From: a virus
Taxonomy: Duplodnaviria > Caudoviricetes
Direction: 5' to 3' (one strand)
DNA: 38,051 nt
IMG/VR virus record: IMGVR_UViG_3300030376_000763
Coordinates: 1 to 38,051 of that record
In this document: positions 25,411-35,440 of the stretch, in pieces
Position numbering within the stretch: the stretch's first letter is position 1
How the letters are laid out: each line of letters begins with the position of its first letter
Notes under the pieces: generated by a model
Databases searched by the model: none
What the model was told of the DNA's origin: nothing
What the model saw: the letters and a program-made list of their open reading frames with translations, nothing else
Translations under genes and position numbers: made by a program

Positions 25411-25758
25411 TCAATTAATAAATTTTACCCAAACAAAAACCGCTAATAACCCAATCAGAGATAACAAAATAAAAGCACAAGATGTAATTTCAATAGTCCT
25501 ACCTAATTTGTTTAAATAAATTATATCTTGTTCAGAATTAAACCTTTCGTCTTCATAAATATACTTATCACGCGGAAAAGGTCTTTTGTTTGGCATGGGT
25601 TCAAATATTACGTTGTCTATTGAGACTAACTGTTCTTCTTTAATTCTTTTTACTTCTTGCTCCTGAAACTCTGTCCATTTTTTGCCGTACTTTTCAAACA
25701 TAATGTTTTTAAAATCTGCATCTAAAAAGTCTTGATCCTCAATCTTTTCTTTGGTCAT
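25411..25758 (-). CDS. Hypothetical protein with C-terminal TM segment
   Basis: ORF fills the operon gap; more AT-rich than its neighbours; start uncertain. Confidence 0.55.
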   Translation of the reverse strand: MTKEKIEDQDFLDADFKNIMFEKYGKKWTEFQEQEVKRIKEEQLVSIDNVIFEPMPNKRPFPRDKYIYEDERFNSEQDIIYLNKLGRTIEITSCAFILLSLIGLLAVFVWVKFIN

Positions 25759-26089
25759 CTCTATCTGCCTTTGCTATTTTGTTACTGTCAATCAACTGTG
25801 GCACTCCTAAGATTGTCTTAATGAGCGTGTCTTGCCTTATGATCTCATTGTCTAGACTGCGCACTCTGTCTATTAATGCTACCAGTATTCCGTGTTGTGA
25901 GTCCAATTTAGTACCAAGCCTTTGTTCCATCTGCTCTATCTGATCTGCAACCTTATCATCTAAAACATCTAGCTTTGTTTCCATGCCATCAATAATTCTG
26001 TTGATAAGTTTCCATATAAAGAAACCTAGACCAAGTGCTGCTGCTATAGGAAAGCCTACTTCGTTTATAAATGTTACTGCTTCTTCCAT
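25739..26089 (-). CDS. Membrane-anchored coiled-coil protein
   Basis: VGFPIAAALGLGFFIW TM segment followed by a coiled coil. Confidence 0.7.
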   Translation of the reverse strand: MEEAVTFINEVGFPIAAALGLGFFIWKLINRIIDGMETKLDVLDDKVADQIEQMEQRLGTKLDSQHGILVALIDRVRSLDNEIIRQDTLIKTILGVPQLIDSNKIAKADRDDQRKD

Positions 26090-26736
26090 CAATTTATTAT
26101 CTCATAGTTATAGTAAGCATCCCTAAGAGGCTTCTGCTCGTCTTTGTTATACCACTCCATAAACTGATCTCTTGTGATTATTTTCTTTTGATATGTGGTA
26201 GGTGCTATTCTATCTGTCCTAGTCTCCTTTTCATCATCTGTACCAAGAGCATCTAGGGAAGCGTAAGAGTTTTCTTTGTTAAGTTGATCATCAGGAATCA
26301 TGGCTATCTGCTTTTCTATGTGGGTATAAGTGGTAAACAAAATCTTATTGCCCATCAAATTGCATTCACCAAAGTAGCCACTTCCCCTATAACTCGGTCT
26401 GATTGCTGTAACGTAGTGATAGTAGCAATTACCAGAGAACTTTCCTCTTGTGAAACCTATGCAAGTATCGTCTGATCTTAGGTATATGCCCTCTGTCCAC
26501 CAACAATCTCTATTCATGACCTTAGAAACATCCATATCATCCTCTTCCTCAACACCTTCGTCTCGCATACGCTCGTTTTGCTTAAGCCACTTCTTTATGC
26601 GTAATGTAAACTCATGATCTGATTCTGTGACACCATCTGCCCTCCAATCCGACAGAGCATCTTTCAAGGCATCTTTGTCCTCTATCTCTATAAACTTAAA
26701 ATATAATCTTTCGCTTGTTGGTTGTGCATATCCCAT
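26089..26736 (-). CDS. GNAT-family (RimJ/RimL-like) acetyltransferase-like protein
   Basis: SERLYF N terminus, DDTCIGF, motif A AIRPSYRGSGY. Confidence 0.65.
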   Translation of the reverse strand: MGYAQPTSERLYFKFIEIEDKDALKDALSDWRADGVTESDHEFTLRIKKWLKQNERMRDEGVEEEDDMDVSKVMNRDCWWTEGIYLRSDDTCIGFTRGKFSGNCYYHYVTAIRPSYRGSGYFGECNLMGNKILFTTYTHIEKQIAMIPDDQLNKENSYASLDALGTDDEKETRTDRIAPTTYQKKIITRDQFMEWYNKDEQKPLRDAYYNYEIIN

Positions 26737-26737
26737 A

Positions 26738-27334
26738 CTAACTCCAAGTTAAACTGTAACTTAAATCCTTCTTACTAGAACTGTTGAGCCATGTTGTCCA
26801 TTCGTCTTTGGTTATCTTAGCTTTTCTATATTCACCTTGTTCTATGGTGTATACCTTCTCATTTGTTTGATAGAGGCTATCTAAGGTCTGTCTGACAGAC
26901 GTATTTGTGCCTGTGTTAGACGTGGGTATTATTGCTGTGGAATCTTCTGCCTTGAGTGTGTCGTAATAAAACCTGTGTCTCGCTATGGTGCTTTCCGTGT
27001 AGTATTTCTTGTCACGTTGTGCAGGTATCAGCGCTGTCATTTTTTGCTCTATAGATTTACCAACATATCTAGTTATGCAAAAGCCTATAGGTGAATCATC
27101 AGACTTTAGGCAGATAGCCAAGTTGAAATGTCCTATCTTTGTATCTCCTAAAACTGTTTCGGTGGTTGGGAATGTGTTGTTTTGCACGTTGGCTTTGTAA
27201 AAGAAATACTTTTGATCTGTCTCTGTTGGTAAGGCATCAGATGCGAACACACCTGTCATGGCTGTAGATATAATTGACATATCTGCTTGCGCTAACATTC
27301 TAAGGTATATGTTGTCGCTCTCTATCTTTAGCAT
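26738..27334 (-). CDS. GNAT-like protein, paralog of the downstream gene
   Basis: IESDNIYLR, LKSDDSPIGF, degenerate motif A LIPAQRDKKY, ITKDEW. Confidence 0.55.
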   Translation of the reverse strand: MLKIESDNIYLRMLAQADMSIISTAMTGVFASDALPTETDQKYFFYKANVQNNTFPTTETVLGDTKIGHFNLAICLKSDDSPIGFCITRYVGKSIEQKMTALIPAQRDKKYYTESTIARHRFYYDTLKAEDSTAIIPTSNTGTNTSVRQTLDSLYQTNEKVYTIEQGEYRKAKITKDEWTTWLNSSSKKDLSYSLTWS

Positions 27335-30138
27335 TATTCTTTAAACGTAAAGCCTGTAAACGTAATTAAACTAGCTGATACTGTTATGCTTGTACCACCT
27401 TTAGTAAATGTGACCGCCATGAAAGCAGAATCACCACCGACTACAGAAGAACTTACTCCTGAACCTGATAAATTATTGGTGATACCGCTATTATCAATAT
27501 GATCATTTGTTGTGTCTCTAGTAGCGACCCATCTTGAGGTTGCGACAGCAGTTCCGTTGCCGTCTTTCCAAGTTACGTTAAAAGTAAAGGTTGTGGCTGA
27601 AGGAGCATATCCTGCATTACTCAATTCTGTCCAAATGAAAGCTTGCTGATTAACAGATGCCGTTACTACGTTTGTTAGTTGCGCCTGTGGCACTGCTCTT
27701 TGTACATTACCACTGGAGTCTAATCCTGCTGTTGCTCTTACAAAAGCATCATTTATATTTGCAGGTGTCCTAGTGTTTGTTCCGTCAAATATACTGCCTG
27801 TTATCCTGTTACTGCTGTCTATAGCGTTAGTAGCTCTCTCATGTGCATCTATCAACTGCTCTGCAGTTCTGACTGTGCCTGAGTGCAAAATGCTACCTGT
27901 GAATCTGTTGTTTGAGTCAATGACTGCCGCAGCTCTCGTAGAACCTGCAACAATGGTAGAGTTTGCTGTACTGCCTATTGTGCCTGTTACATTACCTGTA
28001 AATGTTTCACTGTTTAAAAAATCAGCATTAGCTACTACTGTAGAGCCGTCTGCTTTAAATATATTACTACCTGCAGTTGCACCCACTGTTGCTCCGTCAG
28101 TGTAGTTCAATCCTAGATTGCCTTTGGTGATATCTACTTCATTATTACTTCCTATCCCACTTACTGTAATTCTTCCTTGATTAGTGCCAGAAGTAGCAAG
28201 TGCTACTGATATTTGATCATTCTTTAACGAGTTTGCACCTATGGCAGTACCAACTACTGTGTGGTTTTCTTGTGATGTAAAATCTGAGAAAGAGCCTGCA
28301 CTTAAATGTCTAGCCTTAAAATTATACTGCACTCCTACCTCTAAGCCTGTAATTTGTTGTTTTGTTGAGCCTTGATTTGCAAACATAGTGCTGTAAACAG
28401 AGTCTGAATTTCTTTTAAACAATACCTCAGTTCCTATTATGTAAGGCGAACTTGCGTTTGACCATGTGACCGTTACAGAGGTATTAGTAATAACATCAAC
28501 AGTAGTGGTGTCTGTGGCGACAGATAAATTCGTAGGTGGAGACAAAGCATAGTCACCAACTGTTAGAGTGCTTCCTGACGCAACAGGTGTTTGATAATCA
28601 GACGTGGCAAAGTCATATACTGTTGATGCGGTTTCTTGTAAGACCAAACCTACAGCAAGCGTTGGCACATCTTCACTATCCTGTATCAACATTTCAGCAG
28701 ATAGTACTTCAAATATTTTAGAGGTGTATCCAAGCCTTTCATTTGTAATCATGACGGTATCATGTGGCTGTAGTCTTAAAAATTTTAAATCTACTACTGT
28801 TCCTATTGTAGTTGCCAATCTTTGTTTTTTTAAAGAAATTCTTTGCAATCTTTGAGCCATTGTATGGGTAACAGTAAAAGGCAACTGTTTTTCCATAGTC
28901 TTGACATAATTTGGCTTATCAGAGTTCGTGCCATTAGGTGTATCTTCAGTAAGAAATGTTGAGTCTTGATATATAGGAGCATCTGCAGCAATATAATTAT
29001 TTGAGCCATCAACAAATACTGACTTAACTGTATTATATAGATCACCTGTAGTTGATTTTGTGCTGACTTCTAGGGGTTGTAACAGGTCATTATCAGTAAT
29101 TGTTAAAGAAGGTGTGGGGTGTGCGCCTGAATGTACTTGAAACTGTCCATTTACATAAGACATTGATCCTGCCATTGACTGCAAAACACCATTTAAAACA
29201 CCTGCACCATTAGCTGAAAAGTTCGTAAAACCATTTGCTGTATATCTTTTTTCTGTGGAACTACCATCTGCAAGTGTTACTGTTTCGTCACATTTATTAG
29301 CTGCTGCTGTGATGCCTCCTGCTACGTTTGCATCATTAATCTCACCGCTTTTAGCTTTTAATCCATAGTTAGTATCTGTCAGATAATCTCTAATTATTAA
29401 TGCAGGATTATCGCTCCATGCTGTGCCTCCACTACCTGAATTGAGTCTAGGGTCATAAACCTTTTTGCCCTTAACAACAAAAGAAACATTAGGCATACCT
29501 CCACCAAACTTTTCAGCATCAAATACACACTGCATATATACATAAGCCATATCTATATATTTATCAGTAGAAGTGATAGCAGCTAGTTGTGCATCCATAA
29601 ATCCGTCAACAGCAGTTTGTGATCCATCTTGAAATGTAAAACGAACTAAACGACCACTACCAAAATCGTTCGGATTTTCTGTATTTGTAAATTTTGTATT
29701 GGTAGCAGTGAACACTGTAGAACCGCTTACAGTAGAAGATGATGTGGTTAAGGTTTCATCATTGAGTATAACCGCTTCAAGACTGTTGACTTCATGACCT
29801 GCTATAACAAATACCATGTGTAACAAATGATTGTCTACGCCTGTAGTTGATATATGAGTTATCGTACCACCTACCCTAGTTTGTCCATATATTATTTGTC
29901 TAGGTTCAGTTGGCGCACGAGTAGATAATTTTGATCCAAAGTTACCACCTGTTGCACTTATACCTTTGCTTAATACCCCTAAAGCCAATGTATAAGCAAA
30001 TGCTTTAGCTGCTAAAGCTTTCGCTCCTGTTAATTTAAAAAACTTAGCATTTTTAACAAAATCAAAGCCACCAAAAAGTTTAGCCCCTATGAAAACAACA
30101 ACAGCTATCTTGAGTGCTTTTTTTACTTTGTCACCCAT
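27334..30138 (-). CDS. Tail tip / host-specificity protein (lambda J-like) with FN3 domain
   Basis: RQIIYG.TRVGG, VKGKKVYDPR, WSDNPAL..RDYL, RY.ANG; FN3-like PPTNL...VTW...Y.FKAR. Confidence 0.9.
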   Translation of the reverse strand: MGDKVKKALKIAVVVFIGAKLFGGFDFVKNAKFFKLTGAKALAAKAFAYTLALGVLSKGISATGGNFGSKLSTRAPTEPRQIIYGQTRVGGTITHISTTGVDNHLLHMVFVIAGHEVNSLEAVILNDETLTTSSSTVSGSTVFTATNTKFTNTENPNDFGSGRLVRFTFQDGSQTAVDGFMDAQLAAITSTDKYIDMAYVYMQCVFDAEKFGGGMPNVSFVVKGKKVYDPRLNSGSGGTAWSDNPALIIRDYLTDTNYGLKAKSGEINDANVAGGITAAANKCDETVTLADGSSTEKRYTANGFTNFSANGAGVLNGVLQSMAGSMSYVNGQFQVHSGAHPTPSLTITDNDLLQPLEVSTKSTTGDLYNTVKSVFVDGSNNYIAADAPIYQDSTFLTEDTPNGTNSDKPNYVKTMEKQLPFTVTHTMAQRLQRISLKKQRLATTIGTVVDLKFLRLQPHDTVMITNERLGYTSKIFEVLSAEMLIQDSEDVPTLAVGLVLQETASTVYDFATSDYQTPVASGSTLTVGDYALSPPTNLSVATDTTTVDVITNTSVTVTWSNASSPYIIGTEVLFKRNSDSVYSTMFANQGSTKQQITGLEVGVQYNFKARHLSAGSFSDFTSQENHTVVGTAIGANSLKNDQISVALATSGTNQGRITVSGIGSNNEVDITKGNLGLNYTDGATVGATAGSNIFKADGSTVVANADFLNSETFTGNVTGTIGSTANSTIVAGSTRAAAVIDSNNRFTGSILHSGTVRTAEQLIDAHERATNAIDSSNRITGSIFDGTNTRTPANINDAFVRATAGLDSSGNVQRAVPQAQLTNVVTASVNQQAFIWTELSNAGYAPSATTFTFNVTWKDGNGTAVATSRWVATRDTTNDHIDNSGITNNLSGSGVSSSVVGGDSAFMAVTFTKGGTSITVSASLITFTGFTFKE

Positions 30139-30556
30139 TGATTCTCCATACTTTTAAAATGTCTATATCATCATCTATGACAAGACCATCAGCATCAACA
30201 CCTAATGAAGCATAGCCATCAAACACAAAAGCAAGTTCTGTTTCTTCCTTGTGTACTCCAAAATCTCCTTTAGACATATACTGTATGTCTATAGCATCTA
30301 TACCACTTTTTAGTTTTATAGCGTTGTCTATTGCTGCTACTAAACCTTTACCTTTTCCATATTTAAAGATACTTTGCATTGCTTGTTCTTTAGTTTGCCA
30401 TTTCCAGTTACTAGGTAAAAGACTTTCACCTGTCATGGTTTTTATAAATGTATTTGTAAGGTGTACACAATCCCATTCTCCCCACTCAAAAGGTGTGTAA
30501 AGATTTCTGTTTACTAACGTGTCAAACTTTATTTCCCAATCTGGTAGCTTTTTCAT
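30131..30556 (-). CDS. NlpC/P60-like tail assembly protein (DUF6950-like)
   Basis: PDW, PF.WG.WDC, MTG and GD motifs; position before the tail tip gene. Confidence 0.8.
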   Translation of the reverse strand: MKKLPDWEIKFDTLVNRNLYTPFEWGEWDCVHLTNTFIKTMTGESLLPSNWKWQTKEQAMQSIFKYGKGKGLVAAIDNAIKLKSGIDAIDIQYMSKGDFGVHKEETELAFVFDGYASLGVDADGLVIDDDIDILKVWRING

Positions 30557-31182
30557 TATCTTTGTGTGACATAATCATAAGGATCATCAAAAGGACTACT
30601 ACCGCTTTGTACGTCTTGTTTTTGACCCCAAGCTATTTGTTTGTCTTGTAATTGTTGTACTCTGTTAAGTGATGTGTCAGAAGAATCTATAAACTTTTGA
30701 CTCTCTGCTGTATACCTCAAATTACTTGGTCTCTCTAAATCTATCAATCTGTTCTCAGCGTCTATACTGACTGTTGCTCCATCAATGCCGTCATCTATAG
30801 ACAGAGACATCATGCGTCCTGCAAAAACTTTTAACACACCTGCTACTTCGTTACTACCTCCCATCAAAAAACCCATAAAGACACTTATATCTCTGTTTTG
30901 ATAATTTTCAGTCAAAGCCATATTTAATATATCCGAATCCATACCTGACAGGGCTATAGCAATACCTGATGGTTTTAAATCCAACGTATCTTCTATACTA
31001 CTTATACTCAGTAAAGCACCTGCTCCTGTATAAGTTTCAGAGTTGATAACAAGATCGTCATTACCTGTCCATATCAATATATCATCTGTGTCAAATTCTG
31101 CTTTGACTGCAAAGAAAAGTTCTTGATGATCTTGTCCTAACCTTGCCTCTATTGCACTATCTATGCCTGCTCTTGTAGCCAT
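30556..31182 (-). CDS. Minor tail / tail hub protein
   Basis: W.G..DL, Y.GAG.L, LSG, F.GRM, ENRL.DL.RP...RYT motifs; tail module position. Confidence 0.8.
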   Translation of the reverse strand: MATRAGIDSAIEARLGQDHQELFFAVKAEFDTDDILIWTGNDDLVINSETYTGAGALLSISSIEDTLDLKPSGIAIALSGMDSDILNMALTENYQNRDISVFMGFLMGGSNEVAGVLKVFAGRMMSLSIDDGIDGATVSIDAENRLIDLERPSNLRYTAESQKFIDSSDTSLNRVQQLQDKQIAWGQKQDVQSGSSPFDDPYDYVTQR

Positions 31183-32048
31183 TAAATAACCTCAATACAT
31201 CCAAAGCTTATGCCATATAGTGATCTATGGTCAGCGTTCCAATCAACAGTATTATCTAAAAGTCTAAACAAACCTTTTGGCGCATCAAATCTTACAAAAT
31301 GTCCAGTTGCTAATGTTGACCTTAACTTAGGCTCTGTTCTTACAGCAAATTGATTTGGACTACCGCTTGTTTCGGTCGCATCCTCTACTGCCATGACTAG
31401 CTGAACAGGATTTGCGGTGGCAGAAGCAGCACCTAACACACCAAGATAGTCTCCTTTCTTTATTCCACCACTATTGCTACCAGATGTTTTAAGATTTAAG
31501 CCAGTTGAACCTTTAACATTCATCTGTACCTTACATCCACTTGTAGCACCTTCATTAACTAACACACTATCTGTTTCAACAGCAGTATTGCTGTTTTTAG
31601 TTGTGATCTTATGTGTTCCGTTATTAGCATCATTGGTCATGCCTGTTATATGAATAAAGTCTCCAACTATCGCATTAGCAAATGTACTAGCATTTGCAGT
31701 TATAGTGTCTGTATTTGTAACAGTCAAAGATACGTTAGTGTTAGATACTCTATTCTCGCTTATTAAATGCGTTGTGCCGAACGATCCTGTATTGGTAAGG
31801 GCATCAGGGTCAGCAAACTTAAAATGGTTTGTAGTGCCTTTTAATTGCATTAGAAAGGATTGCCACTCTACCGCCTGTGTTCTGTTCAAAGGTGGTAAAG
31901 ATACCTGTGCTTGCCAAAATACAGCATCAAACTCTTGTGTTTTCTGTTTACCTGTAAATGGAGAAGCTGTTTGTCCTATTGCCCTGTATAAAGAAAACTC
32001 GCTTCTCACAAAATTAGGAGTGCTTGGCATATCTATAATTCTAGCCAC
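31182..32048 (-). CDS. Distal tail protein (Dit-like) with internal beta-domain insertion
   Basis: Follows TMP; SPFTG.Q, W.A.V.LPP, F...L.G, P.G.FRL motifs. Confidence 0.75.
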   Translation of the reverse strand: MARIIDMPSTPNFVRSEFSLYRAIGQTASPFTGKQKTQEFDAVFWQAQVSLPPLNRTQAVEWQSFLMQLKGTTNHFKFADPDALTNTGSFGTTHLISENRVSNTNVSLTVTNTDTITANASTFANAIVGDFIHITGMTNDANNGTHKITTKNSNTAVETDSVLVNEGATSGCKVQMNVKGSTGLNLKTSGSNSGGIKKGDYLGVLGAASATANPVQLVMAVEDATETSGSPNQFAVRTEPKLRSTLATGHFVRFDAPKGLFRLLDNTVDWNADHRSLYGISFGCIEVI

Positions 32049-33771
32049 CCATTAACCCCCTTCTAAATGAGCCACCTCTAGCGGCTGCTTCTAATACTGC
32101 TGCCTTACTAGATTCTTGTATTTGTGGTAAAAGTTTTGCTACTTCTGCTCTAGCAGTAGCACCTACACCTAAAGCAAAGTTATTATGTTGTACTACAGTT
32201 ACACCGCCTCCGCCTGATAAAGCATTTTTGCTGTTCATGTTGTTCATTATTGTGCCACCTGTATTTGGTATAAATATCTCAGCACCACGTTCTCCCACTA
32301 AGGTTGGCATACCTTTCTGTACTCTACCGCCACCTGCTTTTTTGCCAACAGGTAAGCCAACTGCAGTAAACATAGCATCCATAATAGGCTTTATAATCTG
32401 CATTTGTAGGGCAGAAGCTATGATTTGTCTTGCCATATCTTTAAATAAATCTTTAAAACTCTTCATAGCATTTTCTCCATTCATAAGTGATTCTACAAAA
32501 TCATTTGTAAACTTATTTGTAGCTTCAGTTATAACAGGCTGTAGTTCGGCAAATGCTGCTGTGAGACCATCTAATTCGTCAGTTGTAGAATCTCCCTTTG
32601 GAGGAGTTATACTGCCTTCTTGTGTACCTTCTGTTTCAATAGTAGGTTCTACTGGTATTTTTGGTCTCCTACTTTTTATGCTATCTATGAGTTCATCAAT
32701 TCTTGAATTAAAAGATTCAGTATCAAGAGTCAAATCTATAGGCTCTATGTCATCATTGAAGGGTAATTTATTCAACGCTTCTATAGCTAAGTTTACAGAA
32801 TTTTGTATAGGTTCAACTATTGAGTTGAATGATTCTATAATAAATAGTTGAAATCCAGTTATTGCAAGTCTCAATCCATCTAGTACATCTTGTGAACCTC
32901 TTACAACAAGATCAATAAAAAAACCTAATTTGCTTGCTGCTTGCAAAGCAAAAGTGACTATGTTGACTAGATGTCCTGCTAATTTTCCTAACCCTTCGGT
33001 AAAATCAGTTGTTCCTGCGACACCATCTGATAAAGTTTTTGCTAAATTAGTCAAAGCCTTACTTAAGCCTGCTTTACCTATGCTATCGGATGCTAAACTA
33101 AGCTGATCTTGTAGATTTGAAGTTGCACCTGAAAGAGTATTTAATCTTTCTTCAATAGCTGTAGGAAATCTAGTTTTACCTAGATTCAATAAAAATTCTC
33201 CTATAGCTTCCCCTGTACGGTCTATTGTTGTTTTTTGTCCTTCAAAACTAACTTCAATTTCATCCCCCATCAGCTTTGCTTTGATACCAAACTGCTTGAG
33301 CATTTCCATTTCACCAGTCGTTGCATTAAATGTGGCTTGTGCTAGTTGGGTTATGTCTTTTCCCATACCTGCCGCTAAATTACCAAATGCTTTTAAATTT
33401 TCTGCATTGGGTTCTATACCTGCTTGAAAGAACCTTATAAAGGACTCTGTTACATTTTTTAATTGAAAAGGTGTTGTTTTGGTGAATTCTGTAACAGTCT
33501 GCATAGCCAATTTAGCGTTTGGTGCTGATCCTGTTACTGCTCTAAGTGTAGCTTCTAAATCTTCAAAACTTCTAGCGGTATTTACTATACCTTTAATTGC
33601 AAGACCTCCACCTATGAGAGCAAATGCTTTACCCAAGCCTCTGAAAGAACTTGTGACAGTCATAGACTTTTTTTGAGTCACATCAAGGCTTCTATTAACT
33701 TGATCCAAACCCTTACGCAGTTTAGTCGTCTCTGCCTTTATTTCTATAATTAGCTGATCAACTGTTGCCAT
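32041..33771 (-). CDS. Tail tape measure protein
   Basis: TPFQL, GE.E.LKQFGI, TLSG..SNL.D, AGGG.V, VGERGAEIF.P motifs. Confidence 0.92.
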   Translation of the reverse strand: MATVDQLIIEIKAETTKLRKGLDQVNRSLDVTQKKSMTVTSSFRGLGKAFALIGGGLAIKGIVNTARSFEDLEATLRAVTGSAPNAKLAMQTVTEFTKTTPFQLKNVTESFIRFFQAGIEPNAENLKAFGNLAAGMGKDITQLAQATFNATTGEMEMLKQFGIKAKLMGDEIEVSFEGQKTTIDRTGEAIGEFLLNLGKTRFPTAIEERLNTLSGATSNLQDQLSLASDSIGKAGLSKALTNLAKTLSDGVAGTTDFTEGLGKLAGHLVNIVTFALQAASKLGFFIDLVVRGSQDVLDGLRLAITGFQLFIIESFNSIVEPIQNSVNLAIEALNKLPFNDDIEPIDLTLDTESFNSRIDELIDSIKSRRPKIPVEPTIETEGTQEGSITPPKGDSTTDELDGLTAAFAELQPVITEATNKFTNDFVESLMNGENAMKSFKDLFKDMARQIIASALQMQIIKPIMDAMFTAVGLPVGKKAGGGRVQKGMPTLVGERGAEIFIPNTGGTIMNNMNSKNALSGGGGVTVVQHNNFALGVGATARAEVAKLLPQIQESSKAAVLEAAARGGSFRRGLMGG

Positions 33772-33986
33772 TAGTCTGGGTATAACTCCATTAAATTATC
33801 TAGCTCATCTTTAGATAAAGGTTGTTCAGGTTCGCTTGTGTGGAATTCTGTGAAGCCTTCTATAGCATTATTGATCTCACAGACAGAACTGTTCCAAAAC
33901 TCAGATGGTTGCATACCAATCATTCCAAAACAAATCTGCATATATCTTTTTATGGGTAGTTTATCATCTACCCTAACTCCTTTTTT
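33771..33986 (-). CDS. Tail assembly chaperone frameshift extension (gpGT-like C-terminal part)
   Basis: -1 frame open from the slippery site to TAA 33771: [32 protein letters not shown]...LMELYPD*. Confidence 0.8.
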   Translation of the reverse strand, partial: KKGVRVDDKLPIKRYMQICFGMIGMQPSEFWNSSVCEINNAIEGFTEFHTSEPEQPLSKDELDNLMELYPD

Positions 33987-34312
33987 TGTTCTTCTGGAAC
34001 AGCATCATCTGGCATCAGAGAGCCAGTCAGGATTTCCGCTACAGCTTTAGTTGAAGGAACTAAACCTGCATTTTGTACTATTTTTTTAACATCATTTTCT
34101 TGCACATCTTTACCTCCACCCCTTATGGCAGGTAATAATACAGCTATAATATCCTTCATACGGATATCTGCTTCACCCATGTTTTGTGCCAACTTTATAA
34201 TGCCACAACCTACCGCATCTTCTATTTGGATTATAGAATCTATAGTCAATCGTGTTTTATAGGTTTGACCGCCTAAATTTATCTCAATCTCGCCCTTTAG
34301 TGGGTTTGTCAT
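33968..34312 (-). CDS. Tail assembly chaperone (gpG-like, GTA-gp10-like)
   Basis: Start MTNPLKGE at 34312 with AGGAG SD; lies between major tail and TMP genes. Confidence 0.8.
   Translation of the reverse strand: MTNPLKGEIEINLGGQTYKTRLTIDSIIQIEDAVGCGIIKLAQNMGEADIRMKDIIAVLLPAIRGGGKDVQENDVKKIVQNAGLVPSTKAVAEILTGSLMPDDAVPEEQKKELG
33980..33986 (-). other. Programmed -1 ribosomal frameshift site A AAA AAG
   Basis: In-frame CAA AAA AAG shortly before the chaperone stop; -1 slip enters the downstream ORF. Confidence 0.85.
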
Positions 34313-34529
34313 CTGACTTCTCCTTTGTTGTACTTGCCATTGCAAGTTTGATTGTAATAATGTCATCTCTTCCATCTACTGAACTAGATAACACCTTATA
34401 GGACTTACCATCTACTGTTACGTCAGATGGGTCTTTTCCTAACTGGTCGGCTACTTCAAGGACATCCCCGTTAAGCATAGCAGGGATGTTGCCCTTAGCA
34501 CCTTTGACCGTTACTGATTGCCAAGCCAT
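34284..34529 (-). CDS. Small hypothetical tail-module protein
   Basis: Starts 3 nt after the major tail gene stop; beta-rich. Confidence 0.7.
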   Translation of the reverse strand: MAWQSVTVKGAKGNIPAMLNGDVLEVADQLGKDPSDVTVDGKSYKVLSSSVDGRDDIITIKLAMASTTKEKSDDKPTKGRD

Positions 34530-34532
34530 TTA

Positions 34533-34946
34533 TTAGACCGTAGCAAACGTAATAGCACCTGCACTTTCAAAAGATACACTGTAGGTTACTTCACCATTAA
34601 ACTCACCTGCATATTCAAGCGATGTAATCTGGAAAGCACCTGTAAATGTACCAAAGTCAGGCACTAGGAATTGATAATTATTTTGTGTATCAGCTAAAGC
34701 GTTAGTCTTGATAGTTGCTTCACTAGCTGCATCTGTAAAGACACCACTACCTGAAACACTGATAGACTGCACACCTGCATCTGCTAACAAGGTTCTGTTG
34801 TTAGAACTATCTTTGTTAGTTACGTCTACTGATTCGTTATTGACTGTAAGGCTTGTTGATCTTAAGCCACCTATTGTTGTGAAAGCTTCAGGTGAACCTG
34901 CGTTACCCACTTTCATAAGCATTGCACTACCTTTTTGTGCTGCCAT
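34533..34946 (-). CDS. Major tail (tube) protein, TP901-1/GTA family
   Basis: MAAQKG, GGLRS, VDVTNKDS, SGSGVF, PDFGT..G.FQITSLEY.G. Confidence 0.95.
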   Translation of the reverse strand: MAAQKGSAMLMKVGNAGSPEAFTTIGGLRSTSLTVNNESVDVTNKDSSNNRTLLADAGVQSISVSGSGVFTDAASEATIKTNALADTQNNYQFLVPDFGTFTGAFQITSLEYAGEFNGEVTYSVSFESAGAITFATV

Positions 34947-35032
34947 ATTTATACTCCAATTAAGAAAGTATTAGTTATTTACTTTCTAATTAAACAAGCC
35001 AACTGGCATCCAATTTTATTAGTAACAGCTAG

Positions 35033-35440
35033 TTAAGAAGTTCCTAATATAATGGCTCGGAATCGCATGACACCGTGCCTAGTAATCCCATCAGGGTCTA
35101 CTAAAACATCACCAAATTCAAACCTAAGATTAACTAAGTTAAATCCAGTAACACTTAAACTGTAATCATGCAGTAAATCGTGAATCCTGTCCATGATTTG
35201 TTTGGTTTCTTTACTGCCTTTGTACTGTGACCATATATCTAAATTTATTGTATATTCACTGCCATCTACGTCTTTTGTAGAATAATCTATTGAACCATCC
35301 CTTCCCATTGATACAAACGGATAGCTGTTGCCCTCTTGCACTTCATCATATATACCTGCACTTAAAGTATTTGTAAGGTTAGAGTCTCCGTTTAACCTAG
35401 AGTAGATAGCACTTTGTATAGCGAATTGTCCTAATGCCAT
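35033..35440 (-). CDS. Tail terminator (DUF3168 family)
   Basis: Q.AIY.RL, IYD, YPFV..G, IWS...G..E.K.I, RHGV.RFRA. Confidence 0.9.
   Translation of the reverse strand: MALGQFAIQSAIYSRLNGDSNLTNTLSAGIYDEVQEGNSYPFVSMGRDGSIDYSTKDVDGSEYTINLDIWSQYKGSKETKQIMDRIHDLLHDYSLSVTGFNLVNLRFEFGDVLVDPDGITRHGVMRFRAIILGTS

Noticed and set aside
32228-32851. 207-aa plus-strand ORF
   Set aside because: Antisense shadow of the tape measure gene; no SD
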